Below are positions 58,208 to 64,000 of a DNA stretch of 64,000 nt, piece after piece. The notes below the pieces were generated by a model. The model was given only the letters and a program-made list of their open reading frames with translations. It was not told the DNA's origin and did no database searches. Location of the stretch: positions 1,280,001 to 1,344,000 of the forward strand of contig OZ244587.1 of assembly GCA_965218095.1 (NCBI GenBank), read 5' to 3'. Each line of letters opens with the position of its first letter. The first letter of the stretch is position 1. This stretch comes from Candidatus Poribacteria bacterium (GTDB lineage Bacteria; Poribacteria; WGA-4E; PCPOR2b). Position numbers and translations under genes: made by a program.

Positions 58208-58911
58208 CAACCAGTCTCCTCTTTGATTAAGCTCCGAATATCTTCAAACTCCCCTTGGAACAACTTATATTCTTCCGCTGTAAGGAAACGAACCAAAGAC
58301 ATTCCATGTCTTTCTAGCTCCGTTAAAAAGCTTTGCGCTTTACTGCTAAAATAGTGATATGCAACATAGGTCGGTAAAGCGACAATTAAACCGGCGGCTG
58401 TCGTGATTAGGGCCTGGGAGATGCCATTGGCGATATTCATCGATTGCCCCACCTGTCCTTCCGGCTCATAGAGACTCCCAAATGAAATTATCATGCCGAG
58501 AAATGTGCCAAGTAAACCGGTGTATATTGCAATGGCGGAAAGCATTCCCAGGGTGCGGAGGTATCGCGTCAAAACAGGCTTTTCGACGTTCATGGTTAAA
58601 CGGATAACCCGTTTGAGCGTTTCTTCGTCGGCCTCCCGACGCTCGATGCCGGCGCGGAGGATGTTCGTCAACGGGCCAGGCTTCTTTTCACACATCTTGA
58701 TGGCGATATCGGGATTTCCCTGCACAAGCTCACGGTAGATGCTGCGGGTCACAAAGTGTGACGGGATAATTCGCTTGCGACGCAGATGATAAGTGCGTTC
58801 CAGAATAATTGTATGCGCCCAGATTGAATAGATGAGAATCGGGATGAGAATGAGTCCCCCTTTGCTCAACTGTTCTAATCCTGAAACGATCATTTCAATC
58901 AGATGGTTCAT
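58207..58911 (-). CDS. MotA/TolQ/ExbB proton channel family
   Basis: KGG.ILIPI...ER, GLLGTFLGMI.SF, IANGISQALITTAAGL.VA.P. Confidence 0.92.
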   Translation of the reverse strand: MNHLIEMIVSGLEQLSKGGLILIPILIYSIWAHTIILERTYHLRRKRIIPSHFVTRSIYRELVQGNPDIAIKMCEKKPGPLTNILRAGIERREADEETLKRVIRLTMNVEKPVLTRYLRTLGMLSAIAIYTGLLGTFLGMIISFGSLYEPEGQVGQSMNIANGISQALITTAAGLIVALPTYVAYHYFSSKAQSFLTELERHGMSLVRFLTAEEYKLFQGEFEDIRSLIKEETG

Positions 58912-59118
58912 AGTGAATTCGCAAACCTCCGTCAAAAGTCATCACTCAAATCGCCTTTCCCCTTTGTCGGGCTAAAGGTCGAGCTGGTCCTTGTTGCGCT
59001 CAATTGGTCAACACCCAAGATACAATAAGGGCACTGTACGACAGCGAAGGGGAAATGACAGGAGACTTCTTCCTCACTGCTGCCGTCAGCATTCATGCAA
59101 GGGAACTGCTCCAAAGGC

Positions 59119-60933
59119 TTAAAATCTCAGTTCAATTCCAAAATCGAAGTTACCCTGCGATAGCTCATACCCTTGCAGCAAAAGATAATCACCGATAGCA
59201 AACGCCCCGCCAACAAAGGCATCAACATAGTTTCCAATAGTCTTACTCAGTTTCGGCTTTAACAGGAGGTAGCTTCCCAGCGTTTCATCAGTCGTCCCAT
59301 CCACATGCTTGGCGCCCTGAAATTCCGCGCCAAGTGTTACACGGAAATCCGTTGGGAGATGATATACCAGATCCAAATCTATCAGATCCGTCGGTCTGTA
59401 AGGAATCTGTTCACCCACCTCCGGCTTATGAACTTCATGGATGTACTGAAACCGGAGATCCAGTCGGTCAATGATGCGAGCGGAAAAATGAAGCTGCCCC
59501 CCATAAATTGACGCATCAATGTTCGTCGGTGTCCATGTTCGTTCCGCTCCGATTTCAGCAGAAGGTTTCACCCCCGTTTTATCAAAATGTTCCTCCTGCG
59601 AAGTTAAAACAGCGAGATCATCAATCCGCTTTGCAAAGCCCGACAGGTTCACCTCAAATTTCCCGCCCTGATGATACTTCAACAATATCCCCCCGTTCCA
59701 GGTCTTTTCTGGTCGAAGGAAAGGGTTCAGGCTGATGTAATCTGTGTCAAAGTAAAGCGATGACAAACCGGGTCTCGATGTTGTCCGCATTCCCTCAAGT
59801 TGAATTAACCAACGCTTATGAAGATTGGTCGTAAGTGCAAAGGACGGATTCAATTGTAATCGTGTTTTATCTTTACCGGCATCATCACGCTCACGGAGGC
59901 TCACCCCTTCCGCCTCTGTGCTGAGAACAAACGGACCAAATGAAGTGAACTGATCACGGACGTACAGCCGAAAGATCGTCGCCCAAATATCTCGATTGAA
60001 CCGCTCATCTGTTGCTGTTGCGGAGAAGTATTCGACGTGACCGCCGGTATGAATCGGGTTCAGGAAGGGCCACGAAATCACCATGTCGAAATTGAGGCGG
60101 AGATCTGTCGCCCCATCCTGCAGATCGAATTCACCGTGTTCAAGGCGAAGTAACGCCGTATCAAGGTTCAACGTTGACCACGTTGTTTCGGAAATCTGCT
60201 GCTTCCAATTCAGATCGGAACGAAAAAGTAACAAGTCCTTCTGGGGGTTTGGACTGCCCCCTTTAATCCCCTCAACTGGCGAAGGCAGCCACTCAAGGGT
60301 TTTAAGGTGCAGCCCAAGATCGAAGGAGATCTCGCTAAGTTCCTGATACTGATGACTTCCTCCGCCGCGAAAACCGTCAAGGTTATAGTCCCCCCGTTCT
60401 TTGGTACGCGCATCACGAAGTTGCCGCCGCTTCAAGTGAAGAAAACCGCGCATTTGCTCCAAATGCCCCGCGAAAAGCACCTGATAGAAAAGCGATGCCG
60501 GCAAGCTCGGATAGGCGGTGAGGTGAACAGTGTAGTTTTTGGGGGGAGGCGGTTCGGGTTTGACCGCTTTTTGCGGCGTGACAATGGGCGGCAGGTTCCA
60601 CAGGCGTTCCTTGGCATACAGCGCAATCGCGTGAACCAATTGGGGCGCTGACGGGTCGTTGAAACGGCTGCGCGGTTCAAGGACGATTCGGGTTGTGTCA
60701 ATAATTTCCGCGCGTATGACTTCCGGCAAATCTGCTTCGAGCTGCTCCCCCGATTGCTGCCGCGTTTGGGCGTGGGCTCGCGATAACCCGAAGCCCAGAA
60801 GGATGAGTAAAACGTAAAATATGAGGCATGAGACGTGAAACGTGAAACCCCGATGGATCGGGGCAGGCTGTGAAACGTAGATGAACCAATGAACGAATGA
60901 ACTCATTTCCCCTTGTCTCACCCTTCCCTTCAA
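59119..60933 (-). CDS. Outer-membrane beta-barrel, TonB-dependent-receptor-like
   Basis: Signal peptide ending AHA-Q, NPFLRPEK, IPYRP, C-terminal GIELRF; true start uncertain because the N-terminus lies in repeats. Confidence 0.7.
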   Translation of the reverse strand: MKGRVRQGEMSSFVHWFIYVSQPAPIHRGFTFHVSCLIFYVLLILLGFGLSRAHAQTRQQSGEQLEADLPEVIRAEIIDTTRIVLEPRSRFNDPSAPQLVHAIALYAKERLWNLPPIVTPQKAVKPEPPPPKNYTVHLTAYPSLPASLFYQVLFAGHLEQMRGFLHLKRRQLRDARTKERGDYNLDGFRGGGSHQYQELSEISFDLGLHLKTLEWLPSPVEGIKGGSPNPQKDLLLFRSDLNWKQQISETTWSTLNLDTALLRLEHGEFDLQDGATDLRLNFDMVISWPFLNPIHTGGHVEYFSATATDERFNRDIWATIFRLYVRDQFTSFGPFVLSTEAEGVSLRERDDAGKDKTRLQLNPSFALTTNLHKRWLIQLEGMRTTSRPGLSSLYFDTDYISLNPFLRPEKTWNGGILLKYHQGGKFEVNLSGFAKRIDDLAVLTSQEEHFDKTGVKPSAEIGAERTWTPTNIDASIYGGQLHFSARIIDRLDLRFQYIHEVHKPEVGEQIPYRPTDLIDLDLVYHLPTDFRVTLGAEFQGAKHVDGTTDETLGSYLLLKPKLSKTIGNYVDAFVGGAFAIGDYLLLQGYELSQGNFDFGIELRF

Positions 60934-60952
60934 CCCTTTTGCCCGAGTTTAC

Positions 60953-63900
60953 TTACTTAAAGAGCTGTTGAAGTTTGCTCTTCGCAACTTCGTGCAGCCG
61001 ATCCCATTTCTTCCGCTCCCCTGCATCCTCGATTTGTTGGACATTCGATTCATAAAACTTAATTGCGTTCTCATACTCATCCTTCGCCTGGTGGGTGTAT
61101 GCCGCTTGAGCTAAGGTGTCACCGGCCTTGGCAAAGGCATCAGCGGCGTAAACCGTTGCCTGGAGCGCCCTGAACGGATCATGGTCCTTGTACAGGATGC
61201 GGACACGCAAATACGTTGCACCGGCGTCATTATGCTTCCCCATGAGTGCTTGCGTTTCTGCCAAACGAATTACTCCGTCGATGACAACATCAACAGGGTA
61301 TCGCTCCGTGCCCTTCTCGCGAATGACATCGTAAGCCTTAATCGCCTCCGGGTATTTTTTCTGAGCGCGATAGGTATCACCCAAAGCCAGCTGTGCAAAC
61401 TCCGCCTGCTTTGAATCCGGGTGGTCGTCAAGAATTCGACGGTATACCTCAATAGCTTTGTCCCATTGGACGAGCTCTTGGTAGCACAAGCCTGCAAGTA
61501 TGAGCGCCCGGAGGACATCAGAACTTTTCGGATACTTCTCAGGAACTTCAAGGAGCGCCTTCACCGCGTTACCAAGGTTTCGGTTCGGATTATTTGTATC
61601 ATACCAGGCATAACCGATCTCATACGCTGCGGTGGGAGCAAATTCACTTCTGGGGTCAATCCGTTCAAACGCCGCAATCGCTTGTCGATAAGACCCTAAA
61701 GCAATGTAGCATTTACCGATATTGTACTGAGCCAGCCATGCGGATGGGGTATTGGGATACTGGTTAATCGCGTTCTGGAATTCAGCGATAGCACGTTTAT
61801 AGTCCTTATCCTCGTAATAGAAACGACCAATCTGGATCTGGACATCTGGCGTAAGCTCACGGTTAGGGTACTTCTGAATCAGTGTGCGATACATCTCTAT
61901 CGCTTTCTCTTTTTGACCTGAATTCTCGTATGCCGTTGCGATGCCGTGCTGAGCATCGTCCGCCCACTCGCTTTTTGGATGATGCTGGATGACCTTTTCG
62001 TAGGCGCGAATCGCTTCGGTGTAGTTTTGGAGGTTATAAAAGCTCTCGGCAATGTAGTATTGAGCTTCAGGACGGAGATCGACCACCTTTTCAGCGCCCG
62101 CCTCCCGAATAGGGTTGGGATATTTGTCAACGACCCTCTGATACTCTTTAATCGATTGTGCAAATTTACCCTGCTTAAAATAGGCGTTGGCGACGCCAAA
62201 AATGGCTTTAGGCACAAGCTGCGATCCAGGGTGTTTGTTAAGCATTTTATTGAAGGCTGTGATGGCTTCAGGATATTTCTCTTGTTTATAAAGCGTCCAC
62301 CCAATCTGATACCGCGCATTATCTTGCCAACTGCTGCCGGGATAGCCGGAGATAACCTGATCGAAAGCACCAATTCCATTGTCATAGTGCTTGAGGTTGA
62401 CATAAGCAATCCCGATATGGTATTGCGTCTTGTCTGCCAGATCGCCTTGTTGGTGATTCGCGAGAACTTCCTTCCAGGCTTTGACCGCCTCTCGGTAGTG
62501 CTTTTGCTGATCGGGGCTGTTCTTCGAGAGCGTTGCTTCAGAGAAATGGGTCCAACCGATTCCATAGCGGCATTTCTCCGCCCATGCTCCCCGTGGTTGC
62601 TCACTCAGCAAGGCTTGATATTTTCTACGAGCGGATTGAAAGACTTCCGAGGTTTGCTCGCTCCAATAAGTACTTTCGGCGATAAAGAATTTCGCCCGAT
62701 ATCGCAAACGGCTATTTGGAAAACCCTGAAGCAGTTGCTCACAGGTTTGGAGGGTTCCCGGATAATCTTCTAGCTCAAACCGGGCACGTGCCTTCCAAAA
62801 CAGTGCCTCATCAACAGGAGCGGTTTCCCGGTTAGCGTTACGGTTTTCTGCCAAGAAGCGATCAAAAGCCTGCGAACTTTTTTGATATGCTTTCTGGTTG
62901 AAATAAGCGAATCCAAGCTGGTAAAAGGCATAAGGTTTAAGTGAGCTGGCGGGGTGAGATTGCAGCAGTTCATTCAAAGCATCGATGGTTTGAGGATAGT
63001 CTTTCAATTCAAATGCGCTCGTTGCTTTCCCATAGAGCGCATCATCCCCATACGCTGATTTCGGTTTGACTTTCTTATAGTTGAGAATGGCTGAGTTAAA
63101 TTCGCGCTGCAAACGGAAGCATTCCCCCATACGAAAGCGCGCTGCGTCCGCGAGATCGGAGCGCCGGTTGTCTGCAACCACCTTGAATTCGACTCGCGCT
63201 TTTGCGTAATCTCCTTGCAGAAAATTCACCATAGCAATGCCGTATTGGGCATCATCGACAACTTCGCTTCGCGGATAGAGATTGACGACCTTTTGATATT
63301 CATGAATCGCTTCAGGATATTTCTTCTGCTCCAGCAGGACTTCGCCAATCCAATATTGCGCTTCCGCGGCGATGGGAGAGGTCCCATGCTGCCGCAGTAG
63401 AAGATCGAAAGCGTTCTTTGCCTCCTCCATGAGCTTTTGCTGAAAATAACACTCACCGAGCCTGAATTGCGCATCTATGGCAAATTGCTGATGCTGGCTG
63501 TCGTTCTGGTAGGCATTGATAACTTTCTGATAAGCGTCTTGCGCTTTCGCCCAATTGCCAAGATTGAACAAGGATTCGGCGGCACGGTAGAAAGCTTCTG
63601 GAACCGCGTAGTGGGTGGGATGGACTTCGACGAATTTGGTGAGTCCATCGTGAGCCGCTTGATATTTTTTTAGTCGGTAAAGGCTCCACCCCTTTGCATA
63701 CAGGGCGTCTGGCGCTTCGCTGGATTGGGGGTATTTCGTGAGGACCTGATCGTAGTATTCGCCGGATTTCTGGTAGAGTCCCAGGTTGTCGTAAGACTCG
63801 CCGATCAGATAAAGGCTGTGGGAGGTGACGCAGGCGTCATCTGACTGTTGAACTATTTTTTCGTAGGCTTTGATTGCTTCTTCATACCTGCCCTGATGGA

Positions 63901-64000
63901 ACCAGGCAGTCGCCGTGCCGCGAACAGCGTCTAAACGCAGTGGACTGTCCGGATAGTCGATTTGGATCTGTTTGTAGTGCTGGATTGCCTCGTCATATTC
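60953..64000 (-). CDS. Very long TPR (YfiO/CpoB-type repeats) protein, 5' end outside the window
   Basis: Frame checked open from 64000 (EYDEAIQHYKQ...) to the stop at 60953; more than 20 YP.S...DDA.Y.IG repeats. Confidence 0.92.
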   Translation of the reverse strand, partial: EYDEAIQHYKQIQIDYPDSPLRLDAVRGTATAWFHQGRYEEAIKAYEKIVQQSDDACVTSHSLYLIGESYDNLGLYQKSGEYYDQVLTKYPQSSEAPDALYAKGWSLYRLKKYQAAHDGLTKFVEVHPTHYAVPEAFYRAAESLFNLGNWAKAQDAYQKVINAYQNDSQHQQFAIDAQFRLGECYFQQKLMEEAKNAFDLLLRQHGTSPIAAEAQYWIGEVLLEQKKYPEAIHEYQKVVNLYPRSEVVDDAQYGIAMVNFLQGDYAKARVEFKVVADNRRSDLADAARFRMGECFRLQREFNSAILNYKKVKPKSAYGDDALYGKATSAFELKDYPQTIDALNELLQSHPASSLKPYAFYQLGFAYFNQKAYQKSSQAFDRFLAENRNANRETAPVDEALFWKARARFELEDYPGTLQTCEQLLQGFPNSRLRYRAKFFIAESTYWSEQTSEVFQSARRKYQALLSEQPRGAWAEKCRYGIGWTHFSEATLSKNSPDQQKHYREAVKAWKEVLANHQQGDLADKTQYHIGIAYVNLKHYDNGIGAFDQVISGYPGSSWQDNARYQIGWTLYKQEKYPEAITAFNKMLNKHPGSQLVPKAIFGVANAYFKQGKFAQSIKEYQRVVDKYPNPIREAGAEKVVDLRPEAQYYIAESFYNLQNYTEAIRAYEKVIQHHPKSEWADDAQHGIATAYENSGQKEKAIEMYRTLIQKYPNRELTPDVQIQIGRFYYEDKDYKRAIAEFQNAINQYPNTPSAWLAQYNIGKCYIALGSYRQAIAAFERIDPRSEFAPTAAYEIGYAWYDTNNPNRNLGNAVKALLEVPEKYPKSSDVLRALILAGLCYQELVQWDKAIEVYRRILDDHPDSKQAEFAQLALGDTYRAQKKYPEAIKAYDVIREKGTERYPVDVVIDGVIRLAETQALMGKHNDAGATYLRVRILYKDHDPFRALQATVYAADAFAKAGDTLAQAAYTHQAKDEYENAIKFYESNVQQIEDAGERKKWDRLHEVAKSKLQQLFK

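Noticed and set aside
63453-63700. Frameshift in the long TPR gene at the A7 run, suggested by the ORF track starting at 63571
   Set aside because: Manual translation is open from 64000 through the run (RLKKYQ); the gene is only cut by the window edge

Overview
64 kb of a bacterial chromosome. A Candidatus Poribacteria-like diderm is suggested by the PhyH dioxygenase expansion, DUF6785-type membrane proteins and TPR lipoproteins (inference, not a database result). The left half is mostly a minus-strand housekeeping block: six tRNAs with tadA inside the cluster, a large Alu-type SRP RNA, dnaX-ybaB-recR, an M28 peptidase and mnmG-rsmG. That block runs directly into a complete RsbU/V/W-like partner-switching cascade, which ends in an unusual fusion of a STAS domain to an apparently catalytically degenerate AccD (zinc ribbon plus carboxyltransferase fold). 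This fusion is the best candidate for an undescribed system. The middle is accessory catabolism (PhyH enzymes, M24 hydrolase, DegT-GlpD pair, hydantoinase B, sialidase) with about 13 pseudogenes or remnants, including comEA and a type IV pilin. The right end has an OmpA pair, mtnP, an ArsS-like radical SAM, an RNase Z-like protein and a TPR/outer-membrane barrel/ExbB/TonB cluster with no ExbD. Intergenic DNA carries several REP-like palindrome families and degenerate 7-9 nt periodic repeats that intrude into gene termini. No rRNA, CRISPR array or intact mobile element was seen. All family calls come from motif recognition by eye.
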